DNA of 64,000 nucleotides from Chrysomallon squamiferum (lineage: Eukaryota > Animalia > Mollusca). The stretch is from contig CM022672.1 in assembly GCA_012295275.1 (NCBI GenBank), positions 23,622,001-23,686,000 of the forward strand. The letters are read 5' to 3'. The notes under the pieces are model-generated. The model ran no database searches, was not told where the DNA came from, and saw only the letters and a list, made by a program, of their open reading frames with translations. Shown here in pieces: positions 1-13,600 of the stretch; positions within the stretch are counted from its first letter, which is position 1; every line of letters starts with the position of its first letter. The position numbers and the translations under genes were made by a program.

Positions 1-46
1 GACATAAATCACTGTTTTCCAGTGTAAAACAAGTATTATTTACCCC

Positions 47-78
<32 letters not shown>

Positions 79-304
79 AAAAAGAAAATAATAATAATAA
101 TATCCTGGTTCAGTATAAATGATTGTGTTATTTACAACAAATTGTGATGATATAAACTGATTTTTAACTGTTAATGTTAAGAGCATTTCTTTTCGTCATT
201 ACATACTTGTTTTATTAGGTTTATTTACAAAGAATATGGTATTAAACAAAAATTATTTTCTCATAAAACATTTCAAGTTTTAAAAATTATTTTTTTAATT
301 TCAG

Positions 305-3300
305 AACCCACTTATTGCTGATATATACACTGAGCATTCCAAGGAGACAACTGTGGCCCAGTATTCACCTAGTGGTTTTTATATAGCTTCTGGAGGTATT
401 TGTTTTCATAATTTAAAAAAATAAAAATATTTAGTTCTGGCAGGTAGTAAAAACCCATTGACACTCAAAATAACAGTATTTGATAACTTGTTTCTATTTT
501 CTATCTCATAACATTATAATCTAAAGCATAATATAACTATTAAAAGCTAAATTAATGTTATTTAAATAAGAAAGAATAAAAATTCTTTTTAAAGATTAAA
601 TTACATAATAACTGAATGAAATTAATTTCAATACTGTCTTGTCTCAATGTTCCAATCACCTGTTTGTATTACTATAACTCCAAATTTAATTTAACATTTA
701 TTAGATGCAAGTGGAAAAGTTCGCATCTGGGATACAACACAGAAAGAACACATCCTGAAATATGAATATCAGCCAATTGCTGGTAAAATCAAGGACATTG
801 CTTGGACAGAAGACAGCAAGAGACTTGTTGTTGGAGGTGAAGGACGAGAAAAGTAAGTATATTTTTACTCCTCCTCATTTTAATAGAACTTTTTTTTTTT
901 TTCTATCAATTACTTCTGTGTAAAACCTTTCTCTCTGAACTTGTATGTATATATAAGTTTGTGTGTGTGTGTAATGCTCAGATTAATTTAATTAGAAAGA
1001 TTTTTTCTGTTTTAAAATTGAATTCATTAATGATCAACTTTGATTAGAATAAAGTTCTAAGCATAATATCCCAAAATGTATTTATTTGTGTCTTATTGAT
1101 CTATCAAGTTATTTAGAGTAGTAAAAACATTTACTGAGGTATATCCTTTATAACAAAAAAAACAAACAACTATAAGCCATAGTATTTCAATTTTAATACC
1201 TGTAAAATATCTATTTCAGATTTGGTGCAGTGTTTATGTGGGATACTGGTACTTCAGTTGGTAATATTATGGGTATGGGAAAGACCATCAACTCGGTGGA
1301 CTTCAAGCCCAACAGACCATATCGGTGTGTGACAGCTAGTGAGGATTTCTCTCTAGCATTCATGGAAGGACCACCTTTTAAATTCAAACAAAATTTAAAA
1401 GTAAGAATATGTATTTTATTTTGTAATTGGCTGAAGTAATTGTATTTTCATAACTTCTTTTTATCTAATATTTCTTAACCTTAGTTTAGAGTTTGGTCAT
1501 TCAGTGGACTGTTTAAGAGATCTTTGAGTGACTGTTTTGAATGCTGTCATGATAGTAATAAATCTGTAAAGATTATTTAACAAAGAAATTGTAAGTCTAA
1601 AACTGAATTAAAAACTACCAATATTTTTAAAGTCTGATTTTGGTGGGTTGTATTAAACATTTTTTTTTTAAATTTACTTCATTTCAAGGACTGAATGACT
1701 ATTACATGGAAATTTAAAAACTTTTATTTTACAGTTTATAATTCCATACATCTTATGTTGACATCCAGTAATAAAATTCATTTGAGACAAAAAGCATTGA
1801 ACATTTAATGATAAAGTTTTTCATACCTTCAATATTAAACTAATGATTTTTTTTTATTTTTTAGGAACATACAAATTTCGTCAATGCAGTGCGATATTCT
1901 CCAACAGGAGACAATTTTATATCGTGTGGTGCTGATGGAAAGGTATTATATTTCTTCTAGATGTTCACAATAAACAAGGAGTAAGGACATTAAAATATCA
2001 TTGTAGACCCAATATTTCTATGACAATATTATAGTTTTAAGAAGAATAATCTTAAGGAAAACATTGAATTGCAGATACAGTTTTCATTGCAAAACATTAA
2101 CCTTTGTGACTAGATTGTTGATATTAATTATTACTATTTTTTGTTTGTTGTTTTCTTTTATAAATTTCCAAAATATTTTTAGACCATAATATATGATGGA
2201 AAGACAGGCAGTGTTTTGGGAGAACTGGGAGACCCTGCACATAAGGGTGGAATATATGGAGTGAGTATTCAGTAGAAAGAAAACATAATAAATCAGAAAA
2301 AAACACCAATGTAAAAGTTGAAAGTTTCCAGAACTATACTGAATTATGTTACGTTTTGTTTTTTTGAAATTGTACATGTATATATCTGGTCACGTGACAC
2401 ATTCTGCATATTTTGAATTTGACATAACTGGAATGGTTATGATACACATTTAAAAACATTCATTTTCAGCATCCATGTGGTTTTTATTATCATAAAACAT
2501 TTGTCATCAATATTTTAAAATACTTTTATCAAAAGCATACAGATAAATAATTTACCAAATCATTTTATAATGTTTCTCAGTATATTTTAATTTTGTTTCA
2601 GCTGAGTTACAATGGAGATGGATCTCAAGTTTTAACTGTGAGTGCTGATAAAACAGCTAAGATTTGGGACATTGAATCCAAGTCTGTAGTAACGTGAGTT
2701 TCATGGTGGATTTTTAGGGGTTGTCTTTTCAGGTTTTATGGGAAATAATTTAATGACTTTCTGGTGTGTCAAAATTGATTTGTCAATGAAATAAAAGCAA
2801 TCACAAATATTTATTCGTTAGAATTGTGAAAAAAAGAATCATTCATTATTTGTAATTTTGCTTGTTTCCAGGGAATTCAAAATGGGGTCTGATTTGCTGG
2901 ATATGCAGGTTGGATGTCTGTGGCAAGGCAAATATATCCTTACGGTGTCTCTTTCTGGCTTTATCAACTACCTTGACATTAATGATCCTGCAAAACCATA
3001 CAGAATTATCAAGGTAGTAGTAGTATTATGCAGCATATAAATCACTGATAATAAGGCCAGAGATTTTGGTACATGATACAATTTAACAGTGTCACACAGT
3101 GCAAATATTATATTTATAGCCTGAACAAAGTTTTAAAAAATACATCTCTAATTAATTGGAAATGAACAAATATTTGTTACATTCTCAGTTTATGAAAAGA
3201 TGTTTTAATTTTTAATGTGTAAAAATGCCTAAAATACAATTCATGTACTTTCAATGGTTTTTATTTTTTTCTTTCTTTTTTTGTTGTGTGTCTGTTGTTA

Positions 3301-6300
3301 CTATTGTTTTGTGGTTAACCATTAGCAGAAAAATATAAAATTTAGATTGATCTAAAGGAAGATGTTTATAGATAAGATTTCTGAATGTATTTTTGTTTTC
3401 ATTTACAGGGCCACAACAAACCAATAACAAGCATGGCCTTAACTGAAGATAAATCCACAATTTTTACGGGTGCCAGTGATGGACGCATCAATATCCTTTC
3501 AAATGAATATTAATAATATATATATATTATTTTTTTTTTTTTTACATAATTTTACAAAATGGACATACTGAAATTCATACATTAGAACAAAAAATAATTA
3601 GATTGTTCTTTGATTTTTCTAATGTTTTAAAATATATGGAACAGATTATTTTTATTTAAATTTTTAACAGATCTTTGATTTTTGAAATATATGGAAGTTA
3701 CTTTTTGAAATTTTTAACAGATCTTTAAATATGCAGCCTTTTTCATTTTTTTCTTTAATTTATCAACATTACTGGAATTCAGAAAGTGGAGAAAGTGAAG
3801 AAATGTCAGGAAAGGGACATAGCATACAGATTCAAGGCATGAACATTGTCAATGATGATTTAATAACTGTTGGAATTGATGACATTTTAATGCTATCTTC
3901 AGTAAGCAGCAAATGTTATGGGTAAGTGGAAAATAGAAATTCTATATTTATTAGTTTTGTAACTGAAATACATTTATTAAATTAGGAGATTTCTAATTGT
4001 TTGCATCGGACTAAACATGGTCAGTGCTAAACATATTGTATGGAGGAGCTCATGTATAATAATAAAATTCAACAAACTTTTTAAAACAGTCTTAATTGTT
4101 TGTTCATCTTCAACCAGTAAAACCAGAGAACTTAGAAGGAATTCGTGGCTTAGTACTATGAAATTAAATTTATCAATTTATAAATATTATTAAATTTAAT
4201 GATTATTTTATTTTAAATCACAGTTGAAATCTGATATTAAACAACACAAATTATGCTTGGGTTTTCACATCGCAGTTGAAGTTGAGGTCATTACATAAAG
4301 ACATTTTAATTTTTTTACAGGAATATTAAAGAAAAGACTGATTCGCAACCTAAGTCGGTCTCCAGTGTTGATGACATTTCTGTAGTAGCATGTATTAATC
4401 ATGTAAGCTTGGTTTTGAAATGTTTTTAAATTGAAAACACATATTCACTAAAACATAAAACATAAAGCCCTTACTTAACACTTGAATGGGTTAAACTTAT
4501 GCATGTACACTCAAAAGTTGTTATAATCTGACATAACTGCAGATCAGTTTAATCCTCTTTGTTTCTTGTGTATTTTGACATCTAAAGTTTTTAAATGAAT
4601 ACTATTTTTTTTTTTAAATATTTTAAAAAGTGGTTTAATTATTTAGTTGCTTTTATTTCAAATTTCTTGTTAACAAAGCTTGAAAAAAAATGGATTTCAT
4701 ATGGTATCTTTTTTTTTCCTTTTAAATAAAATTGGATTGTATAATTAATATTTTCAGTTGCTGGTATTTAACAGGGGAAGTAAGATATCTGTCCATCCTA
4801 CAAAATATGAATGTCAGTGTGTAGCTGTTCATCCATCCAAATCAGAGGTTGCAGTTGGTGGGCCTGTAAGTAAATATTTTTAGTATACTTTCGAAGAAAA
4901 GTATGATGGTCTATAAATAGTTATGGTAGTTTGTTTTTTGTGTATAAAACTCTCCACTCTCTAACAGTAGATTTGTATTCAAGTGTCATTACCTAACCTG
5001 TTTGACAGAACAGTGCTTAAATCTAGTTTTCACCAATTATGAAAAATGTCCTCAACTATCAGTACTTGAGCAGAAATACCAACATTTGGGAGGGGAGGGT
5101 CATTGTTTTATTTAACTTTGTTTTTAACATCCAGGAATTTAACTCTATTTTCTAAAACAGTTTACTACATCTATTAATTTTACAGAGAAGTATTTTCATC
5201 TATAGCCTGAATGGAGGCGTGCTGAGTGAAAAGAAACAGATAGAACTGAAAGAGAAGGTGACTTCTATGCAGTATTCTCCAGATGGAAAATGTCTGGCAT
5301 CTGTAGCAGAGGACAAACACTGTTATGTTCACGTACTACCAGATTATGAGGTGAGAGCAGCATTCAGCTGACTGTTAAACTTTGTTCTAGTTCCATTATA
5401 ATAATTAATCTTAATTTTAAATTTAATTAAAGAAAGTTAATTTTCTAGAACTGAAAATTGATATCTGGTACTGTTATTTGTTACGTGTATTTCAGATGTT
5501 ATTTGGCAATATAAGTCATACAGCACGTGCTCTCTGTGTTGGCTGGTCTCCAGATTCTAAACATCTTGCAACTGCAGGATTGGATAACAATATAGTGGTG
5601 TGGAAAAATGAAAAAGGTCGTTATAATACAGTGGCTACTGCTGTTGGAGGTACGATTTCAAGATTAAATCATCAGCTTTTCACTATTATTTCAAATTTAT
5701 AAACTATATTTCAGTTCAAAATGATGTAGAACAGGTTTTGTGTGGAACTTGCTTAACAACATATTTCTTAAAGACATTGAACTAGTAAATTGTTTTTCAA
5801 ATTTCAAATTGTTTTTGTCATTAAAAAGTACTGATATATCTGCAATTTTTGATTTGGAGGTCTTGTTTCAAAATAATAAAAAATTTTAGAAGGAACAAAA
5901 CCTTTATAACAATGTACATTAAGAGAATGGGCTTTTGGCAGTGAACAAGTTCCAAAATATGGTCAGCTAACTGCAACAACTTGATAATATCAAAGGCACC
6001 CATTTCAGTGCTGTGCCAAGTTGATGTCCTCCAAAAATATTAGTATTTATGAATCTCAGTTTGCTTAATATATTCAGGGTTGTTGATCATAGACAATTTT
6101 ATCATGCATTTCCATTAGTGTATCTCGCCCAAAGCTTTTCTCAAAAATTGGAGAGTAGCAAAATGAGGTAAATTTATATCCATATAAATAAGTATGGTCA
6201 GAGCTCAGACACATTTATATAAAAACATGCCACACTAATGTTATGGTTGAGCCCTGATTTATCAAACAAATATGATTTTGCTGAAACATTTTATAGAGTG

Positions 6301-6668
6301 ATTTACAGATAATTAAGTCTGAAATAATATCAGTTCAGTTATGATAATATGATTATGCTGATACAGGATTTTGCCAATAAGAAAACAGAATATACTGAAA
6401 TCATACAACATGACTACCCAGATACTTTGTTACTTTTTTGATAGGTGTTTACAATGCTGTTATTTGTAGGCTTTTCGTAATTGCCATAATATGTATTTCT
6501 TGTTGGATTTTATTAATGTAATTTAATGTCAGTAATACATTTTTTTTTTTTATTTTTTCAGCGCACAAACAAAGCATTGTGAACTGTGTGTCATGGCTGG
6601 ATAATAACACTGTAGTCTCCTGTGGACAGGATTCTAATGTTAAACAATGGGTTGTCAGTTATTCCTGA
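305..6668 (+). CDS. WDR1: WD repeat-containing protein 1 (actin-interacting protein 1), 5'-truncated by the window edge, 14 exons visible
   Basis: Exons 305-395, 705-852, 1220-1400, 1865-1942, 2183-2260, 2602-2693, 2872-3013, 3409-3490, 3768-3921, 4321-4402, 4758-4865, 5186-5350, 5496-5649, 6562-6668 splice in frame. Peptides [77 protein letters not shown] and [13 protein letters not shown] match WDR1/AIP1. All introns are GT-AG except 3491-3767 (AT-AC). Confidence 0.96.
3491..3767 (+). other. U12-type (minor spliceosome) AT-AC intron in WDR1
   Basis: 5' splice site ATATCCTTTC, branch-site-like TTCTTTAAT at 3751-3759, terminal AC at 3766-3767. Removal gives in-frame ATC A|AT TAC TGG (I-N-Y-W), matching the conserved WDR1 INYW motif. 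Confidence 0.93.
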
Positions 6669-9116
6669 AAAATAAACTACGGTACAGCCTGTCTGTTATT
6701 TCTGAAATGTTTTATACTGTGACCTATTCATTAATTTTGAAATTACAATGTAAAGTTGCCTAACAGATGTAATACAATGTATTGTCCTTATTGGCAGCTA
6801 GGTAAATGCAAACTGTTTAATTATATTCGTAAATTGTTGCTGTATAATGAGGTGTTTTTTTTTTTTTTTTGATATGTTTATAAAAATTTCCTAATCTCTG
6901 CTTAATAACTAAAAATATTCAATAATTATTTTCCAAGTTTATAATCAATCTTGATTAGTTTTCTTCTTTTTCATAAGGCCTGACACTTACTAAATTTTAA
7001 ACAAAGTACTCTGTTAATTTATGATAAACAGCTGATGATAGGTCTAGAATATAAATTTTGAAAATTGGTTGCTTGTGAGAAACTTGTAAAGTTTTGTATT
7101 AGTTTTAATTTTTTAAATTATTTTTTTGTGTAAATTTATATCTTTATGCATTTTCTTTTTCAGATTTCACAATAACTTGGAGAATATTTCACAAATAATA
7201 TTAAAGAACAATATTTTCAGATAACTAAACTGCACTTTTATAAAATTCCTTTTACTCCTTTTTATGTAGATTTCAAATTTTCACACAGTAAATCAGTTTG
7301 TACAAAGATTTTGATCATTTTAATAATTTATAAGAACATAGTAGTGGTATGATATGTCATTGAAATTACTTTATTGCTATGTGTTATAATGTATTCTGTT
7401 ACTTTATACAATACTTTTGCTAGTATTCTGTGGACGTGCAGTGGTTGTTTTTTCTCTTCTTTTTGAAGTTAAGGAAGAAGGGATTAATGATGACAACTTT
7501 ATAACAAGGACAGTAAAAACTTTAGATGTTAAAAATTTGTATTACTTTTTATTTTTTATTTTTTATTTTATGTTTTTAACATACTTGCATATTATTAAAA
7601 CATTTATTGTATTTAAAAACTCAGCTTTCACAGTTGAGTATACAGTTTTGATGAAATATTTATTAGAAGGAAAGGTGGAATGTTTAATTCGTAGCTATAA
7701 ATGTCTTGGCTGTACATCACTAACCATTTGGCCAACCATAGAAAACATCTTTCTTTCCCAATTGTATTTTTTGTTTAAAGTGATAGTGCAAATATTGGTG
7801 ACATTATTGTGTATATATCTGGTTTGTTGTTGTCTTTTTTTAAAATATGAAGTTAGATGTAAAAGAGAAAGGAAGGAAAATGAAAGTGTCAATGAAACTT
7901 TGCCAACTTGTATTCTTTGAGATTTGATTATTAGTGAACTAATAACAGCTGCCAATAAGGCTATAAAATGTACACAGAATAAGTGTTTGCACACACCAGG
8001 AATCCAACACCATATACTGGATGATAGTCAATAAATAGACCACTCACATTTCTTATAGCTTGATTTTTTAAATTATATTTATTACATCTGTGTATAGTGC
8101 AAAAAAATGCTTTAAGACACTAGATAGCTTGGTTGGACATATTTGTGATGTAGCTTTATTAAACTGTTGATAATTTTTTATTTTTAAGACGGATGAAGGC
8201 AGGTGTAAAAGACAAATGACCATTTAATGAGGTTTTTTAAATTATTTATTTATGGCATTTTTATGAGGACACAAAACAATGTATATTTTTCTTTTCTTCT
8301 TTCTTTTTTTCATGGTTCTGCGAGTACCAATACAGCAAATTAACAGCTGCTGTATATAAGTATTCCACTTTAAAATCATGAAATGCATGCATATATTTTC
8401 AAGATAATTATAACTGAATTAAAAAAATATATATATGTATGTTTGTACAAATAAAAAATAAATTACAATTTAAATTTGTCTTAGTGAATAAGTCTGTTAT
8501 TGTATTTAATGTTAACATAAAAGCTACCATCCAGATATTTAATGTCTATGCAATTTACTCTGTAAAAATTATGAATATCATGATGCTGATTATTGCAACT
8601 GTTAACCCATCCAGCTGGGTACTGGCTTTTGTCTAAATAAATGTATTTATCTATTTCTGTGGTTTGTTATATATTGCAAATTTTTCTATAAAGTTTGGGT
8701 TAGCAGTGAATTAGTACTTTGATGGTCTTCACAATCATTACATTTAATGCCTTACAGCATAACCAGTTATTTAAAAAATATATTTTGTTGATATTTATCA
8801 GGATTGGAAAAGTTACCTCTTAAATACATTTTCTTGCATTAAAAAAAACAACACCTAAATTAATATGTAGAAGCTACTGATTCAAGATGAAGATAAAAAT
8901 TACTGTTCATTTGATCTTTGATAGTTCTTAAATTTGTATTGGTGTTTCTTCAAAAAATATATTTCCTCTTCAGTTTTTATAATAAGTCAGTTGGCTTACT
9001 GGTATTTCATAATTTTACCTGTATGGTGTTTGTTTTATAACTTTTTAAATACCTTTTAACCATCCAAATACCAGTAGGTGCATCATGCTAAAACAAATAT
9101 CAATTTTAAACGGATG

Positions 9117-10630
9117 TCAGCATGCATCTAGTAGAAATTTAATTTCTGATTCTGATGTCAAGTCTTTGGGTTGCCTCCCTTTCTTGTCTTGAATTTTTCT
9201 AGCTTGAGGACATTTACTGACAATCAACTTGCACACTTCAATATTTCCTTTTTCTGAAGCCTAAAACATAAAAGCACAAGCAGACAAATAGATAAAAATA
9301 TATATATATATATATATATGAACACATATTTGGATACAAATAACAATATGTAAGAGTATGTTTCTGTAAACAAACAATAAATGTACAGTTCCATTGAACA
9401 GTCAGAAATATTATTTTCAAAATTAGTAAATCTGTATATTCACAAAATAGATAAAATGGCATATGATTTAAACAAATGAACAATGAGACAAATTACTTTA
9501 TGTAAAGCTGTCATTCCATCAGAATCGCACAGTAGAGCATTAGCACCTCTTCTCAGCAGAAGTTCGACAATTCTAGTGTGGCCCATATACGCAGCTCTGT
9601 GAAGAGGTGTTGCACCTGAATGTGTTTCTATGTTAACATCAGCACCATTGTGAACTAGAAGTTCAACTGATTCATAATGTCCATTTCGACAAGCATAATG
9701 CTGTGTACAAAATAAAAAAAATATAAAGACTGATCTTCATTTGTCTGACATTTAATTTTATGCTTCTTTTTTTTTTTTCCTGTCTTTGGACGACAGTGAT
9801 CTCACTAATAAATAGGCCTATAAAGTTTACAAGACATAATTTAACAAGGTTATTTATTATTAAACAGGGAAACAAAAAATAAGAAATGCAGGCACACCTC
9901 AGTTAATGACCCATTTCTGTTCCTACAACTAAGCCATTAACAAACTGGTCTATATTTCAAGTATACCATCCTGATAGTAATTATTGTTTTAATATGAATA
10001 TTTTTAAATGTTTGTTTATTTAGTTGCGTGCAGTATACTGTAATAATCACAATATAGAAATCAATTCTAATACACTGTAAATGCAGGTAATCACGTCCTT
10101 ATTTATTAACAAAGAAAAGATGTAGAGGAAATTTCAACCTGATAAAATTGTTTTAATTTGCATAACGTTTACCTATTTCGGAACACAGCAGCGGCTAGCA
10201 CGTAGCAGTACCCTCTGGTATTCAGGTAGATGACTAGGTCATTAAATGAGTGTCTGTACTGAATTATTTATAATTAAAAGCCTTAATTTGAAAAGAAAAA
10301 AAAAGTTAATTTTACATGTTGTTTTTATAATTCTATAAACCTTGCTACTTTATTAAGAAAATGTTTTCGCCTTGACTGCAAGCTAAGTCTGAGTAGAAAG
10401 ATGAAAAACAAAAATCTAACCAAGGCCGAATATCCTGAGCTATCTTTCATGTTGATATCCAGCCCTTTGTTGATTTTTTTCAGAATTTCTTGTGTGTCGC
10501 CGTTGACAGCTGCATTCCATATCCCTCGCTCGAAGTCCAGTTCATTTAAAGTCTGCTGGGTAGACGGTGCACAAACAGAATGCCCTGAACAACACCCTTT
10601 CTCATGAGAATGTGTGTGAACGTTCGCCAT
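9117..10630 (-). CDS. ANKRD39: Ankyrin repeat domain-containing protein 39
   Basis: Three exons 10630-10421, 9700-9497, 9260-9117 with GT-AG, phase-0 introns. Translation includes CC..PSTQQTLNELDFERGIWNAAVNGD (ANKRD39 N-terminal signature), SGYSALHYACRNGH, GATPLHRAAYMGH and DGMTALHKASEKGN, ending FLLDAC*. Confidence 0.9.
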
Positions 10631-13600
10631 TCCATTCCAACTTTTATAAATTGTAATTCACTTCCTGTTTTCCTAGATTCCATACCACAGTTAATTTTGT
10701 TTCTTTAATCATCAGGCTCCCCAATTTCTGCGTGCAGCTTAGTGTTGATGAGGGCGGACTAACTTATTCAGATTTAGAAAGAGAAAAAAAGTGAAGAAAG
10801 TCAAAATTCGTTATTATTGTTATTTTTATTTTTTATTTTTCTCCATGGATCGGGAACTATCGCTTCACTTCAAATACTGAATAGCTATTAAACGATCACA
10901 ATGGGGATTATTTGTCAAATAAAAGGCAGAATGTAAAAGAAGATAAGCCTAAATGTTCCAATTTGAATTTAAGTAATCAATAATCAGTTCAGCGTAATCG
11001 ACCGTTTTCGATTGTTTAGGACTTTTTTAACATTCACTAGTCATTTTTATCTTTTCCCCGTTTTGTTTTATTTTCAGGTTTTTTTAATTACGTTTATAAG
11101 AAATTCCCCTAACAAAATAAACTGACATTCGATATCATTCTGGTTTTAAAACTTTAGTAAATTGGCGTAATATTTTGAGGTTGGTATTGGTAAGTACCTG
11201 CTTCTGAAAATGTGAAACGAGCGCCCATAGCGGCCGTTAGCATTGCTATTGATATTGATATGCATGCATCTTGGTTAGGGTCAGGATATTTCTGATTCTG
11301 TCTTGCTGCCGAGTTTCAGTATGGTGACAATACGGATCTGTGATATATGTGCTTAAAATGTCAGATATTTGTTTACACTACAATATCAGACTCTTGGCTC
11401 ATTAGATCTTGCTCATTATCATTTTAGATAGGATTGTCACTAAATTGAAAACATTTTAGTGGCAACAGCATAATTTCACTAGGAAATGGAATTTTAGTGA
11501 TTTTGTTACAGTTTCAATTTGTGTATGCACCTACCAATATATAATGCAAAAAGTATGAAAGACCAGACTTGATTTTAAACACATTATCAAAAGGTATTTA
11601 AAACCAGGGATTCTATCAAAAGTCTGTATCATCATTTATTAAAAGTCACAAGTGTAAAAATAAAATCAGCCAGTCAAATAAAAATGATATTCCACTAAAA
11701 ATACTAAAAGGGATTTATAACAATTAAATATTGTCAGTAGTTAAATGCTTTTTAATATGTGGATCATCATGGAAAATCCTTTCTTTGGAAATCCTCCTCC
11801 TTTAAAAAAAATACTGGAAGACTTAATAGATGTTCAGTTCCCAGTTGAATTCCTAGATGCCTGACATGCCTATGATAAAAATGTAGGTGCTGCATGTTTT
11901 GTTTTCTTTTGTTTTTTCTTGAAAAAAAAATGTACCTAACTAATGTTATATATATATAAATGAACAAAATGTGAAAAAAAATGGGTGTCAATAATTTCTG
12001 GCTCAGTGAACAGTGTTTTCATACAAATTTGGTTGCTTTTTTTTGTTTTAAAATGATTATCAACCACAAATAAAGATAAATAGTATAGATAATCTGTCTG
12101 TATGTTTATATCCCCAGCTGATTTTTAAAATATTTTTTTACTTCATGTCAATTTATCAATTACCATTTATTTTAATGTTATACAGCTTAGATGACATTTA
12201 GCAGCTGTATATATGATACAGAAGTATTTAAGACTTATTTTTAAAAACATAGTAAATAACATTATAAATGGTTCATAAACATTTAACTTGGTATTGAATT
12301 TCATCTTTATACTGCATTTGAGATGTATAGTTTAGGAAGTAACAAACATTTCAGTTAAATGTTCCTGGAAGTTTTAATTATATGGAGCTCTGTTGAACAT
12401 TGAGACAATCAAATTGCATCTAATATATTACAATCTTTTTTTTTATTGGAACCTTAGCATATATTGGCTCCATACTGCCTCATTACCTTTCTTGTCTGTG
12501 TTAATAGAGGATGATCCAATAAAGTATGACAAGCATTAATGACATTGTAATTTACTGCATATGATGATCCGCACCTTCTAATCATTTACAATCCATGAGG
12601 AAACCACACTATTTATTTATCTAAAAACACAAAAGGACAATAAAATTATTAAAAGTGTTGGTGTGTCATTAAACAAATCATTCATTTTTTGAAGTGAAGT
12701 AAGTTTGAATTAATTAACACTACATTTCTTATTAACCACAAAAACAAACAAGGCCAAAATTAAAACTGAATTTTACTTTGTGAAATATACATATTCAATA
12801 TCTGCAACAAATAACAAATTGTACAATATGTAAAATGTGTTTTCCCCTTTCATACATGCACATCTGACATACAAACATGTTTTTACATCTGTTCATAAAC
12901 CAACAAAATATTTACACTCTTAAAAATGAATATTCACATCTCCACTATACAAACAACTTTAAGTAAATAACTAGGATAGATATTTTTACTACTAAAAAAC
13001 TTAACATGATATTATAAACATTTTACAGTTAAGAAATAAGCTTTTGTCTAATATATTTTGTCAAGTAAAACCATTTTGTCAGATTACTTATTTAGTGTGT
13101 GTGTGTGTGTGAATGTTAATGAAAACTATAAAAAGTTCAACTTCATGCATTAAACCTCTCCCATTTATTAATGGCTCAAAAAATTCTGGTGTACTCATTA
13201 TAAAGTAAAGAATACAGGGTGTCTCACAAGATACGTATACATATATATATATATTTCAAATTTGCAGTACCAATTTGAATGGTAGATATATCCATCCTTG
13301 TTTATAATAGCATTTTTTTTTTCCATTACTTCACATTTCAATCTAATTCAACAAAATTTTGTGTTATTTACAAGCTGCATTAAAGGATTTTTGTTATGTT
13401 TACAACATTGTACTGATTTACAAAAACCCCAAATTACCATATAATGACAATGACAGAAGGATATTGAGTATACTTGTAGAGTTCCACAGAAAACATCAGG
13501 TAAATTTAAGAATCACATTCAATGACCTATACACCCTATAATGAAAGCAGTAAGAATCGATTTAAAATTGTTTTTAAAAAGAATTATTTGTAGCACCAAA

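Noticed and set aside
2389-2398. Perfect GTCACGTGAC (CLEAR/E-box) palindrome in a WDR1 intron
   Set aside because: Single intronic 10-mer without supporting context.
7417-7994. 167-aa (+) and 99-aa (-) ORFs
   Set aside because: Low-complexity F/L/I/Y-rich translations of AT-rich sequence in the probable WDR1 3'UTR, with no motifs.
10160-10260. GC-richer patch in ANKRD39 intron 1 (snoRNA?)
   Set aside because: No convincing C/D or H/ACA box arrangement.
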